Of a stretch of 64,000 nucleotides of DNA, positions 44,700-58,530 are shown piece by piece. Positions within the stretch are counted from its first letter, which is position 1. Every line of letters begins with the position of its first letter. This stretch comes from Eledone cirrhosa (Eukaryota). The position numbers and the translations under genes are program-made. The notes beneath the pieces are model-generated. The model saw only the letters and a list, made by a program, of their open reading frames with translations, made no database searches and was not told the origin of the DNA. The DNA is taken from the NCBI GenBank assembly GCA_964016885.1, contig OZ024750.1, positions 39,928,001 to 39,992,000 on the forward strand. The letters run 5' to 3'.

Positions 44700-47600
44700 G
44701 CTGTCCCACCGACCCTCAGTGTCTATAGACCCCCCCCCCCCAGTCATAGAAGCTTGTATTGTTTGTGTCTCGCTGTCCCACCGACCCTCAGTGTCTATAG
44801 ACACCCCCCCCCCAGTCATAGAAGCCTGTATTCTTTGTGTCTCGCTGTCCCACCGACCCTCAGTGTCTATAGACCCCCCCCCAGTCATAGAAGCTTGTAT
44901 TGTTTGTGTCTCGCTGTCCCACCGACCCTCAGCGTCTATAGAAACCTCCCCCCGGTCATAGAAGCCTGTATTCTTTGTGTCTCGCTGTCCCACCGACCCT
45001 CAGTGTCTATAGACACCCCCCCCCCCCAGTCATAGAAGCTTGTATTGTTTGTGTCTCGCTGTCCCACCGACCCTCAGCGTCTATAGACACCTCCCCCCAG
45101 TCATAGAAGCCTGTATTGTTTGTGTCTCGCTGTCCCACCGATCCTCAGCGTCTATAGACACCTCCCCCCAGTCATAGAAGCCTGTATTGTTTGTGTCTCG
45201 CTGTCCCACCGATCCTCAGCGGCTATAGACCCCTCCCCCCAGTCATAGAAGCCTGTATTTGTGTCTCGCTGTCCCACCGACCCTCAGCGTCTATAGACCT
45301 CTCCCCCCCAGTCATAGAAGCCTGTATTGTTTGTGTCTCGCTGTCCCACCGACCCTCAGTGTCTATAGACACCTCCCCCCAGTCATAGAAGCCTGTATTC
45401 TTTGTGTCTCGCTGTCCCACCGACCCTCAGTGTCTATAGACACCTCCCCCCAGTCATAGAAGCCTGTATTGTTTGTGTCTCGCTGTTCCACCGACCCTCA
45501 GCGTCTGTAGACCCCTCCCCCCAGTCATAGAAGCCTGTATTGTTTGTGTCTCGCTTTCCCACCGACCCTCAGCGTCTATAGACCCCTCCCCCCAGTCATA
45601 GAAGCCTGTATTGTTTGTGTCTCGCTGTCCCACCGACCCTCAGCGTCTATAGACCCCTCCCCCCAGTCATAGAAGCCTGTATTGTTTGTGTCTCGCTGTC
45701 CCACCGACCCTCAGTGTCTATAGACACCTCCCCCCAGTGATAGAAGCCTGTATTCTTTGTGTCTCGCTGTCCCACCGACCCTCAGCGTCTATAGACCCCC
45801 CCCCCAGTCATAGAAGCTTGTATTCTTTGTGTCTCGCTGTCCCACCGACCCTCAGCGTCTATAGACCCCCCCCAGTCATAGAAGCTTGTATTATTTGTGT
45901 CTCGCTGTCCCACCGACCCTCAGTGTCTATAGACCCCCCAGTCATAGAAGCCTGTATTGTTTGTGTCTCGCTGTCCCACCGACCCTCAGCGTCTATAGAC
46001 ACCTCCCCCCAGTCATGGAAGCCTGTATTCTTTGTGTCTCGCTGTCCCACCGACCCTCAGTGTCTATAGACACACCCCCCCAGTCATAGAAGCCTGTATT
46101 GTTTGTGTCTCGCTGTCCCACCGACCCTCAGCGTCTATAGACACCTCCCCCCAGTCATAGAAGCCTGTATTCTTTGTGTCTCGCTGTCCCACCGACCCTC
46201 AGTGTCTATAGACACCCCCCCCCCCCAGTCATAGAAGCCTGTATTGTTTGTGTCTCGCTGTCCCACCGACCCTCAGCGTCTATAGACACCTCCCCCCATT
46301 CATGGAAGCCTGTATTCTTTGTGTCTCGCTGTCCCACCGACCCTCAGTGTCTATAGACCCCCCCCCAGTCATAGCAGCTTGTATTGTTTGTGTCTCGCTG
46401 TCCCACCGACCCTCAGTGTCTATAGACCCCCCCCCCCCAGTCATAGAAGCCTGTATTGTTTGTGTCTCGCTGTCCCACCGACCCTCAGCGTCTATAGACA
46501 CCTCCCCACAGTCATAGAAGCCTGTATTGTTTGTGTCTCGCTGTCCCACCGACCCTCAGTGTCTATAGACCCCCCCCCCCCCCAGTCATAGAAGCCTGTA
46601 TTGTTTGTGTCTCGCTGTCCCACCGACCCTCAGTGTCTATAGACCCCCCCCAGTCATAGAAGCCTGTATTGTTTGTGTCTCGCTGTCCCACCGACCCTCA
46701 GCGTCTATAGACACCTCCCCCCAGTCATAGAAGCCTGTATTCTTTGTGTCTCGCTGTCCCACCGACCCTCAGTGTCTATAGACCCCCCCCCCCCCAGTCA
46801 TAGAAGCTTGTATTGTTTGTGTCTCGCTGTCCCACCGACCCTCAGTGTCTATAGACACCCCCCCCCCCAGTCATAGAAGCCTGTATTCTTTGTGTCTCGC
46901 TGTCCCACCGACCCTCAGTGTCTATAGACCCCCCCCCAGTCATAGAAGCTTGTATTGTTTGTGTCTCGCTGTCCCACCGACCCTCAGCGTCTATAGAAAC
47001 CTCCCCCCGGTCATAGAAGCCTGTATTCTTTGTGTCTCGCTGTCCCACCGACCCTCAGTGTCTATAGACACCCCCCCCCCCCAGTCATAGAAGCTTGTAT
47101 TGTTTGTGTCTCGCTGTCCCACCGACCCTCAGCGTCTATAGACACCTCCCCCCAGTCATAGAAGCCTGTATTGTTTGTGTCTCGCTGTCCCACCGATCCT
47201 CAGCGTCTATAGACACCTCCCCCCAGTCATAGAAGCCTGTATTGTTTGTGTCTCGCTGTCCCACCGATCCTCAGCGGCTATAGACCCCTCCCCCCAGTCA
47301 TAGAAGCCTGTATTTGTGTCTCGCTGTCCCACCGACCCTCAGCGTCTATAGACCTCTCCCCCCCAGTCATAGAAGCCTGTATTGTTTGTGTCTCGCTGTC
47401 CCACCGACCCTCAGTGTCTATAGACACCTCCCCCCAGTCATAGAAGCCTGTATTCTTTGTGTCTCGCTGTCCCACCGACCCTCAGTGTCTATAGACACCT
47501 CCCCCCAGTCATAGAAGCCTGTATTGTTTGTGTCTCGCTGTTCCACCGACCCTCAGCGTCTGTAGACCCCTCCCCCCAGTCATAGAAGCCTGTATTGTTT

Positions 47601-48800
47601 GTGTCTCGCTTTCCCACCGACCCTCAGCGTCTATAGACCCCTCCCCCCAGTCATAGAAGCCTGTATTGTTTGTGTCTCGCTGTCCCACCGACCCTCAGCG
47701 TCTATAGACCCCTCCCCCCAGTCATAGAAGCCTGTATTGTTTGTGTCTCGCTGTCCCACCGACCCTCAGTGTCTATAGACACCTCCCCCCAGTGATAGAA
47801 GCCTGTATTCTTTGTGTCTCGCTGTCCCACCGACCCTCAGCGTCTATAGACCCCCCCCCAGTCATAGAAGCTTGTATTCTTTGTGTCTCGCTGTCCCACC
47901 GACCCTCAGCGTCTATAGACCCCCCCCAGTCATAGAAGCTTGTATTATTTGTGTCTCGCTGTCCCACCGACCCTCAGTGTCTATAGACCCCCCAGTCATA
48001 GAAGCCTGTATTGTTTGTGTCTCGCTGTCCCACCGACCCTCAGCGTCTATAGACACCTCCCCCCAGTCATGGAAGCCTGTATTCTTTGTGTCTCGCTGTC
48101 CCACCGACCCTCAGTGTCTATAGACACACCCCCCCAGTCATAGAAGCCTGTATTGTTTGTGTCTCGCTGTCCCACCGACCCTCAGCGTCTATAGACACCT
48201 CCCCCCAGTCATAGAAGCCTGTATTCTTTGTGTCTCGCTGTCCCACCGACCCTCAGTGTCTATAGACACCCCCCCCCCAGTCATAGAAGCCTGTATTGTT
48301 TGTGTCTCGCTGTCCCACCGACCCTCAGCGTCTATAGACACCTCCCCACAGTCATGGAAGCCTGTATTCTTTGTGTCTCGCTGTCCCACCGACCCTCAGT
48401 GTCTATAGACCCCCCCCCCAGTCATAGCAGCTTGTATTGTTTGTGTCTCGCTGTCCCACCGACCCTCAGTGTCTATAGACCCCCCCCCCCCCAGTCATAG
48501 AAGCCTGTATTGTTTGTGTCTCGCTGTCCCACCGACCCTCAGCGTCTATAGACACCTCCCCACAGTCATAGAAGCCTGTATTGTTTGTGTCTCGCTGTCC
48601 CACCGACCCTCAGTGTCTATAGACCCCCCCCCAGTCATAGAAGCCTGTATTGTTTGTGTCTCGCTGTCCCACCGACCCTCAGTGTCTATAGACCCCCCCC
48701 AGTCATAGAAGCCTGTATTGTTTGTGTCTCGCTGTCCCACCGACCCTCAGCGTCTATAGACACCTCCCCCCAGTCATAGAAGCCTGTATTGTTTGTGTCT
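44700..48800. repeat. ~2.05-kb (29-monomer) tandem duplication within the satellite
   Basis: TAGAAACCTC ~44939/46994, GCGGCTATA ~45219/47274, ATAGCAGCTT ~46371/48424. Confidence 0.85.
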
Positions 48801-51800
48801 CGCTGTCCCACCGACCCTCAGTGTCTATAGACACCTCCCCCCCCCAGTCATAGAAGCCTGTATTGTTTGTGTCTCGCTGTCCCACCGACCCACAGCGTCT
48901 ATAGACACCTCCCCCCAGTCATAGAAGCCTGTATTGTTTGTGTCTCGCTGTCCCACCCACCCTCAGTGTCTATAGACACCTCCCCCCCAGTCATAGAAGC
49001 CTGTATTGTTTGTGTCTCGCTGTGTCTATAGACACCTCCCCCCAGTCATAGAAGCCTGTATTGTTTGTGTCTCGCTGTCCCACCGACCCTCAGCGTCTAT
49101 AGACACCTCCCCCCAGTCATAGAAGCCTGTATTGTTTGTGTCTCGCTGTCCCACCGACCCTCAGTGTCTATAGACACCCCCCCACCAGTCATAGAAGCCT
49201 GTATTGTTTGTGTCTCGCTGTCCCACCGACCCTCAACGTCTATAGACCCCTCCCCCAGTCATAGAAGCCTGTATTGTTTGTGTCTCGCTGTCCCACCGAC
49301 CCTCAGCGTCTATAGACACCTCCCCCCAGTCATAGAAGCTTGTATTGTTTGTGTCTCGCTGTCCCACCGACCCTCAGTGTCTATAGACACCCCCCCCCCA
49401 GTCATAGAAGCCTGTATTGTTTGTGTCTCGCTGTCCCACCGACCCTCAGCGTCTATAGACACCTCCCCCCAGTCATAGAAGCCTGTATTCTTTGTGTCTC
49501 GCTGTCCCACCGACCCTCAGTGTCTATAGACACCCCCCCCAGTCATAGAAGCCTGTATTGTTTGTGTCTCGCTGTCCCACCGACCCTCAGCGTCTATAGA
49601 CACCTCCCCCCAGTCATGGAAGCCTGTATTCTTTGTGTCTCGCTGTCCCACCGACCCTCAGTGTCTATAGACCCCCCCCCCCAGTCATAGCAGCTTGTAT
49701 TGTTTGTGTCTCGCTGTCCCACCGACCCTCAGTGTCTATAGACCCCCCCCCCCCAGTCATAGAAGCCTGTATTGTTTGTGTCTCGCTGTCCCACCGACCC
49801 TCAGCGTCTATAGACACCTCCCCACAGTCATAGAAGCCTGTATTGTTTGTGTCTCGCTGTCCCACCGACCCTCAGTGTCTATAGACCCCCCCCCCCAGTC
49901 ATAGAAGCCTGTATTGTTTGTGTCTCGCTGTCCCACCGACCCTCAGTGTCTATAGACCCCCCCCCCCAGTCATAGAAGCCTGTATTGTTTGTGTCTCGCT
50001 GTCCCACCGACCCTCAGCGTCTATAGACACCTCCCCCCAGTCATAGAAGCCTGTATTGTTTGTGTCTCGCTGTCCCACCGACCCTCAGTGTCTATAGACA
50101 CCTCCCCCCCCCAGTCATAGAAGCCTGTATTGTTTGTGTCTCGCTGTGTCTATAGACACCTCCCCCCAGTCATAGAAGCCTGTATTGTTTGTGTCTCGCT
50201 GTCCCACCGACCCACAACGTCTATAGACACCTCCCCCCAGTCATAGAAGCCTGTATTGTTTGTGTCTCGCTGTCCCACCGACCCTCAGTGTCTATAGACA
50301 CCTCCCCCCCAGTCATAGAAGCCTGTATTGTTTGTGTCTCGCTGTGTCTATAGACACCTCCCCCCAGTCATAGAAGCCTGTATTGTTTGTGTCTCGCTGT
50401 CCCACCGACCCTCAGCGTCTATAGACACCTCCCCCCAGTCATAGAAGCCTGTATTGTTTGTGTCTCGCTGTCCCACCGACCCTCAGTGTCTATAGACACC
50501 CCCCCCCCCAGTCATAGAAGCCTGTATTGTTTGTGTCTCGCTGTCCCACCGACCCTCAACGTCTATAGACACCTCCCCCAGTCATAGAAGCCTGTATTGT
50601 TTGTGTCTCGCTGTCCCACCGACCCTCAGCGTCTATAGACACCTCCCCCCAGTCATAGAAGCTTGTATTGTTTGTGTCTCGCTGTCCCACCGACCCTCAG
50701 CGTCTATAGACACCTCCCCCCAGTCATAGAAGCCTGTATTGTTTGTGTCTCGCTGTCCCACCGACCCTCAGTGTCTATAGACACCCCCCCCCCAGTCATA
50801 GAAGCCTGTATTGTTTGTGTCTCGCTGTCCCACCGACCCTCAACGTCTATAGACACCTCCCCCAGTCATAGAAGCCTGTATTGTTTGTGTCTCGCTGTCC
50901 CACCGACCCTCAGCGTCTATAGACACCTCCCCCCAGTCATAGAAGCTTGTATTGTTTGTGTCTCGCTGTCCCACCGACCCTCAGTGTCAATAGACACCCC
51001 CCCCCCCCCCCCAGTCATAGAAGCCTGTATTGTTTGTGTCTCGCTGTCCCACCGACCCTCAGCGTCTATAGACACCTCCCCCCAGTCATAGAAGCCTGTA
51101 TTCTTTGTGTCTCGCTGTCCCACCGACCCTCAGTGTCTATAGACACCCCCCCCCCCAGTCATAGAAGCCTGTATTGTTTGTGTCTCGCTGTCCCACCGAC
51201 CCTCAGCGTCTATAGACACCTCCCCCCAGTCATGGAAGCCTGTATTCTTTGTGTCTCGCTGTCCCACCGACCCTCAGTGTCTATATACCCCCCCCCCCCC
51301 CCAGTCATAGCAGCTTGTATTGTTTGTGTCTCGCTGTCCCACCGACCCTGAGTGTCTATAGACCCCCCCCCCCCAGTCATAGAAGCCTGTATTGTTTGTG
51401 TCTCGCTGTCCCACCGACCCTCAGCGTCTATAGACACCTCCCCACAGTCATAGAAGCCTGTATTGTTTGTGTCTCGCTGTCCCACCGACCCTCAGTGTCT
51501 ATAGACCCCCCCCCCCCCCCAGTCATAGAAGCCTGTATTGTTTGTGTCTCGCTGTCCCACCGACCCTCAGTGTCTATAGACCCCCCCCAGTCATAGAAGC
51601 CTGTATTGTTTGTGTCTCGCTGTCCCACCGACCCTCAGCGTCTATAGACACCTCCCCCCAGTCATAGAAGCCTGTATTGTTTGTGTCTCGCTGTCCCACC
51701 GACCCTCAGTGTCTATAGACACCTCCCCCCCCCAGTCATAGAAGCCTGTATTGTTTGTGTCTCGCTGTGTCTATAGACACCTCCCCCCAGTCATAGAAGC

Positions 51801-53689
51801 CTGTATTGTTTGTGTCTCGCTGTCCCACCGACCCACAGCGTCTATAGACACCTCCCCCCAGTCATAGAAGCCTGTATTGTTTGTGTCTCGCTGTCCCACC
51901 GACCCTCAGTGTCTATAGACACCTCCCCCCCAGTCATAGAAGCCTGTATTGTTTGTGTCTCGCTGTGTCTATAGACACCTCCCCCCAGTCATAGAAGCCT
52001 GTATTGTTTGTGTCTCGCTGTCCCACCGACCCTCAGCGTCTATAGACACCTCCCCCCAGTCATAGAAGCCTGTATTGTTTGTGTCTCGCTGTCCCACCGA
52101 CCCTCAGTGTCTATAGACACCCCCCCCCCCAGTCATAGAAGCCTGTATTGTTTGTGTCTCGCTGTCCCACCGACCCTCAACATCTATAGACACCTCCCCC
52201 AGTCATAGAAGCCTGTATTGTTTGTGTCTCGCTGTCCCACCGACCCTCAGCATCTATAGACACCTCCCCCCAGTCATAGAAGCTTGTATTGTTTGTGTCT
52301 CGCTGTCCCACCGACCCTCAGCGTCTATAGACACCTCCCCCAGTCATAGAAGCCTTTATTCTTTGTGTCTCGCTGTCCCACCGACCCTCAGCGTCTATAG
52401 ACACCCACCCCCCAGTCATAGAAGCTTGTATTGTTTGTGTCTCGCTGTCCCACCGACCCTCAGCGTCTATAGACACCTCCCCCTAGTCATAGAAGCCTGT
52501 GTTGTTTGTCTCGCTGTCCCACCGACCCTCAGCGTCTATAGACCCCCCCCCCCAGTCATAGAAGCTTGTATTGTTTGTGTCTCGCTGTCCCACCGACCCT
52601 CAGCGTCTATAGACACCTCCCCCCAGTCATAGAAGCCTGTATTCTTTGTGTCTCGCTGTCCCACCGACCCTCAGCGTCTATAGACCTCTCCCCCCAGTCA
52701 TAGAAGCCTGTATTGTTTGCGTCTCGCTGTCCCACCGACCCTCAGTGTCTATAGACACCTCCCCCCAGTCATAGAAGCCTGTATTCTTTGTGTCTCGCTG
52801 TCCCACCGACCCTCAGTGTCTATAGACACCTCCCCCCAGTCATAGAAGCCTGTATTGTTTGTGTCTCGCTGTTCCACCGACCCTCAGCGTCTATAGACAC
52901 CTCCCCCCAGTCATAGAAGCCTGTATTGTTTGTGTCTCGCTTTCCCACAGACCCTCAGCGTCTATAGACCCCTCCCCCCAGTCATAGAAGCCTGTATTGT
53001 TTGTGTCTCGCTGTCCCACCGACCCTCAGTGTCTATAGACACCTCCCCCCAGTCATAGAAGCCTGTATTCTTTGTGTCTCGCTGTCCCACCGACCCTCAG
53101 CGTCTATAGACCCCCCCCCAGTCATAGAAGCTTGTATTCTTTGTGTCTCGCTGTCCCACCGACCCTCAGCGTCTATAGACACCTCCCCCTAGTCATAGAA
53201 GCCTGTATTGTTTGTGTCTCGCTGTCCCACCGACCCTCAGCGTCTATAGACACCTCCCCCTCAGTCATAGAAGCTTGTATTGTTTGTGTCTCGCTGTCCC
53301 ACCGACCCTCAGCGTCTATAGACACCTCCCCCCAGTCATAGAAGCCTGTATTGTTTGTGTCTCGCTGTCCCACCGACCCTCAGCGTCTATAGACACCTCC
53401 CCCCCCAGTCATAGAGGCCTGTATTGTTTGTGTCTCGCTGTCACACCGACCCTCAGTGTCTATAGACACCTCCCCCCCCCCCAGTCATAGAAGCCTGTAT
53501 TGTTTGTGTCTCGCTGTCCCACCGACCCACAGCGTCTATAGACACTTCCCCCCAGTCATAGAAGCCTGTATTGTTTGTGTCTCGCTGTCCCACCGACCCT
53601 CAGTGTCTATAGACACCTCCCCCCCCCCCCCAGTCATAGAAGCCTGTATTGTTTGTGTCTCGCTGTGTCTATAGACACCTCCCCCCAGT

Positions 53690-56600
53690 CATAGAAGCCT
53701 GTATTGTTTGTGTCTCGCTGTCCCACCGACCCACAGCGTCTATAGACACATCCCCCCAGTCATAGAAGCCTGTATTGTTTGTGTCTCGCTGTCCCACCGA
53801 TCCTCAGTGTCTATAGACACCCCCCCCCCAGTCATAGTAGCCTGTATTGTTTGTGTCTCGCTGTGTCTATAGACACCTCCCCCCAGTCATAGAAGCCTGT
53901 ATTGTTTGTGTCTCGCTGTCCCACCGACCCACAGCGTCTATAGACACCTCCCCCCAGTCATAGAAGCCTGTATTGTTTGTGTCTCGCTGTCCCACCGACC
54001 CTCAATGTCTATAGACACCTCCCCCCCCAGTCATAGAAGCCTGTATTGTTTGTGTCTTGCTGTCCCACCGACCCTCAGTGTCTATAGACACCTCCCCCCC
54101 CCAGTCATAGAAGCCTGTATTGTTTGTGTCTCGCTGTCCCACCGACCCTCAGTGTCTATAGACACCTCCCCCCAGTCATAGAAGCCTGTATTGTTTGTGT
54201 CTCGCTGTCCCACCGACCCTCAGCGTCTATAGACACCTCCCCCCAGTCATAGAAGCCTGTATTGTTTGTGTCTCGCTGTCCCACCGACCCTCAGTGTCTA
54301 TAGACAGCTCCCCCCCAGTCATAGAAGCTTGTATTGTTTGTCCCACCGACCTTCAGCGTCTATAGACACCCCCCCCCCCCAGTCATTGAAGCCTGTATTG
54401 TTTGTGTCTCGCTGTCCCACCGACCCTCAGCGTCTATAGACACCTCCCCCCAGTCATAGAAGCCTGTATTGTTTGTGTCTCGCTGTCCCACCGACCCTCA
54501 GCGTCTATAGACACCTCCCCCCAGTCATAGAAGCTTGTATTGTTTGTGTCTCGCTGTCCCACCGATCCTCAGCGTCTATAGACACCTCTCCCCAGTCATA
54601 GAAGCTTGTATTGTTTGTGTCTCGCTGTCCCACCGACCCTCAGCTTCTATAGACACCCCCCCCCAGTCATAGAAGCCTGTATTGTTTGTGTCTCGCTGTC
54701 CCACCGACCCTCAGCATCTATAGACCCCCCCCCCAGTCATAGAAGCCTGTATTGTTTGTGTCTCGCTGTCCCACCGACCCTCAGTGTCTATAGACACCTC
54801 CCCCCCCCGCCAGTCATAGAAGCCTGTATTGTTTGTGTCTCGCTGTCCCACCGACCCTCAGTGTCTATAGACACCCCCCCCCCAGTCATAGAAGCCTGTA
54901 TTGTTTGTGTCTCGCTGTCCCACCGACCCTCAGCGTCTATAGACACCTCCCCCCAGTCATAGAAGCCTGTATTGTTTGTGTCTCGCTGTCCTACCGACCC
55001 TCAGCGTCTATAGACCCCCCCCCAGTCATAGAAGCTTGTATTGTTTGTGTCTCGCTGTCCCACCGACCCTCAGCGTCTATAGACACCTCCCCCCCCCCCA
55101 GTCATAGAAGCCTGTATTGTTTGTGTCTCGCTGTCCCACCGACCCTCAGCTTCTATAGACCCCCCCCCCCAGTCATAGAAGCCTGCATTGTTTGTGTCTT
55201 GCTGTCCCACCGACCCTCAGTGTCTATAGACACCTCCCCCCAGTCATAGAAGCCTGTATTGTTTGTGTCTCGCTGTCCCACCGACCCTCAGTGTCTATAG
55301 ACACCTCCCCCCAGTCATAGAAGCTTGTATTGTTTGTGTCTCGCTGTCCCACCGACCCTCAGCGTCTATAGACACCTCCCCCCAGTCATAGAAGCCTGTA
55401 TTGTTTGTGTCTTGCTGTCCCACCGACCCTTGGCGTCTATAGACCCCCCCCCTCAGTCATAGAAGCCTGTATTATTTGTGAATCGCTGTCCCACCGACCC
55501 TCAGTGTCTATAGACACCTCCCCCTCCCCCCAGTCATAGAAGCCTGTATTGTTTGTGTCTCGCTGTCCCACCGACCCTCAGTCTCTATAGACACCTCCCC
55601 CCAGTCATAGAAGCTTGTATTGTTTGTGTCTCGCTGTCCCACCGACCCTCAGCGTCTATAGACACCTCCCCCCAGTCATAGAAGCCTGTATTATTTGTGT
55701 CTCGCTATCCCACCGACCCTCAGCGTCTATAGACCCCTCCCCCCCCAGTCATAGAAGCCTGTATTGTTTGTGTCTTGCTGTCCCACCGACCCTCAGCGTC
55801 TATAGACCCCTCCCCCCAGTCATAGAAGCCTGTATTGTTTGTGTCTTGCTGTCCCACCGACCCTCAGTGACTATAGACACCTCCCCCTCCCCCCAGTCAT
55901 AGAAGCCTGTATTGTTTGTGTCTCGCTGTCCCACCGACCCTCAGCGTCTATAGACCCCTCCCCCCAGTCATAGAAGCCTGTATTGTTTGTGTCTTGCTGT
56001 CCCACCCACCCTCAGTGTCTATAGACACCTCCCCCCAGTCATAGAAGCCTGTATTGTTTGTGTCTCGCTGTCCCACCGACCCTCTGTGTCTATAGACACC
56101 TCCCCCCAGTCATAGAAGCCTGTATTGTTTGTGTCTCGCTGTCCCACCGACCCACAGCGTCTATAGACACATCCCCCCAGTCATAGAAGCCTGTATTGTT
56201 TGTGTCTCGCTGTCCCACCGATCCTCAGTGTCTATAGACACCCCCCCCAGTCATAGTAGCCTGTATTGTTTGTGTCTCGCTGTGTCTATAGACACCTCCC
56301 CCCAGTCATAGAAGCCTGTATTGTTTGTGTCTCGCTGTCCCACCGACCCACAGCGTCTATAGACACCTCCCCCCAGTCATAGAAGCCTGTATTGTTTGTG
56401 TCTCGCTGTCCCACCGACCCTCAATGTCTATAGACACCTCCCCCCCCAGTCATAGAAGCCTGTATTGTTTGTGTCTTGCTGTCCCACCGACCCTCAGTGT
56501 CTATAGACACCTCCCCCCCCCAGTCATAGAAGCCTGTATTGTTTGTGTCTCGCTGTCCCACCGACCCTCAGTGTCTATAGACACCTCCCCCCAGTCATAG

Positions 56601-58530
56601 AAGCCTGTATTGTTTGTGTCTCGCTGTCCCACCGACCCTCAGCGTCTATAGACACCTCCCCCCAGTCATAGAAGCCTGTATTGTTTGTGTCTCGCTGTCC
56701 CACCGACCCTCAGTGTCTATAGACAGCTCCCCCCCAGTCATAGAAGCTTGTATTGTTTGTCCCACCGACCTTCAGCGTCTATAGACACCCCCCCCCCCCC
56801 AGTCATTGAAGCCTGTATTGTTTGTGTCTCGCTGTCCCACCGACCCTCAGCGTCTATAGACACCTCCCCCCAGTCATAGAAGCCTGTATTGTTTGTGTCT
56901 CGCTGTCCCACCGACCCTCAGCGTCTATAGACACCTCCCCCCAGTCATAGAAGCTTGTATTGTTTGTGTCTCGCTGTCCCACCGATCCTCAGCGTCTATA
57001 GACACCTCTCCCCAGTCATAGAAGCTTGTATTGTTTGTGTCTCGCTGTCCCACCGACCCTCAGCTTCTATAGACACCCCCCCCCCAGTCATAGAAGCCTG
57101 TATTGTTTGTGTCTCGCTGTCCCACCGACCCTCAGCATCTATAGACCCCCCCCCAGTCATAGAAGCCTGTATTGTTTGTGTCTCGCTGTCCCACCGACCC
57201 TCAGTGTCTATAGACACCTCCCCCCCCCCCGCCAGTCATAGAAGCCTGTATTGTTTGTGTCTCGCTGTCCCACCGACCCTCAGTGTCTATAGACACCCCC
57301 CCCCCAGTCATAGAAGCCTGTATTGTTTGTGTCTCGCTGTCCCACCGACCCTCAGCGTCTATAGACACCTCCCCCCAGTCATAGAAGCCTGTATTGTTTG
57401 TGTCTCGCTGTCCTACCGACCCTCAGCGTCTATAGACCCCCCCCCCCCAGTCATAGAAGCTTGTATTGTTTGTGTCTCGCTGTCCCACCGACCCTCAGCG
57501 TCTATAGACACCTCCCCCCCCCCCAGTCATAGAAGCCTGTATTGTTTGTGTCTCGCTGTCCCACCGACCCTCAGCTTCTATAGACCCCCCCCCAGTCATA
57601 GAAGCCTGCATTGTTTGTGTCTTGCTGTCCCACCGACCCTCAGTGTCTATAGACACCTCCCCCCAGTCATAGAAGCCTGTATTGTTTGTGTCTCGCTGTC
57701 CCACCGACCCTCAGTGTCTATAGACACCTCCCCCCAGTCATAGAAGCTTGTATTGTTTGTGTCTCGCTGTCCCACCGACCCTCAGCGTCTATAGACACCT
57801 CCCCCCAGTCATAGAAGCCTGTATTGTTTGTGTCTTGCTGTCCCACCGACCCTTGGCGTCTATAGACCCCCCCCTCAGTCATAGAAGCCTGTATTATTTG
57901 TGAATCGCTGTCCCACCGACCCTCAGTGTCTATAGACACCTCCCCCTCCCCCCAGTCATAGAAGCCTGTATTGTTTGTGTCTCGCTGTCCCACCGACCCT
58001 CAGTCTCTATAGACACCTCCCCCCAGTCATAGAAGCTTGTATTGTTTGTGTCTCGCTGTCCCACCGACCCTCAGCGTCTATAGACACCTCCCCCCAGTCA
58101 TAGAAGCCTGTATTATTTGTGTCTCGCTATCCCACCGACCCTCAGCGTCTATAGACCCCTCCCCCCCCAGTCATAGAAGCCTGTATTGTTTGTGTCTTGC
58201 TGTCCCACCGACCCTCAGCGTCTATAGACCCCTCCCCCCAGTCATAGAAGCCTGTATTGTTTGTGTCTTGCTGTCCCACCGACCCTCAGTGACTATAGAC
58301 ACCTCCCCCTCCCCCCAGTCATAGAAGCCTGTATTGTTTGTGTCTCGCTGTCCCACCGACCCTCAGCGTCTATAGACCCCTCCCCCCAGTCATAGAAGCC
58401 TGTATTGTTTGTGTCTTGCTGTCCCACCCACCCTCAGTGTCTATAGACACCTCCCCCCAGTCATAGAAGCCTGTATTGTTTGTGTCTCGCTGTCCCACCG
58501 ACCCTCTGTGTCTATAGACACCTCCCCCCA
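53690..58530. repeat. ~2.42-kb (34-monomer) near-perfect tandem duplication
   Basis: GACACATCC ~53745/56166, CATAGTAGCC ~53833/56252, 10-bp deletion monomer ~54341/56760, GAATCGCTG ~55480/57902, GTGACTATAG ~55867/58289. Confidence 0.92.
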
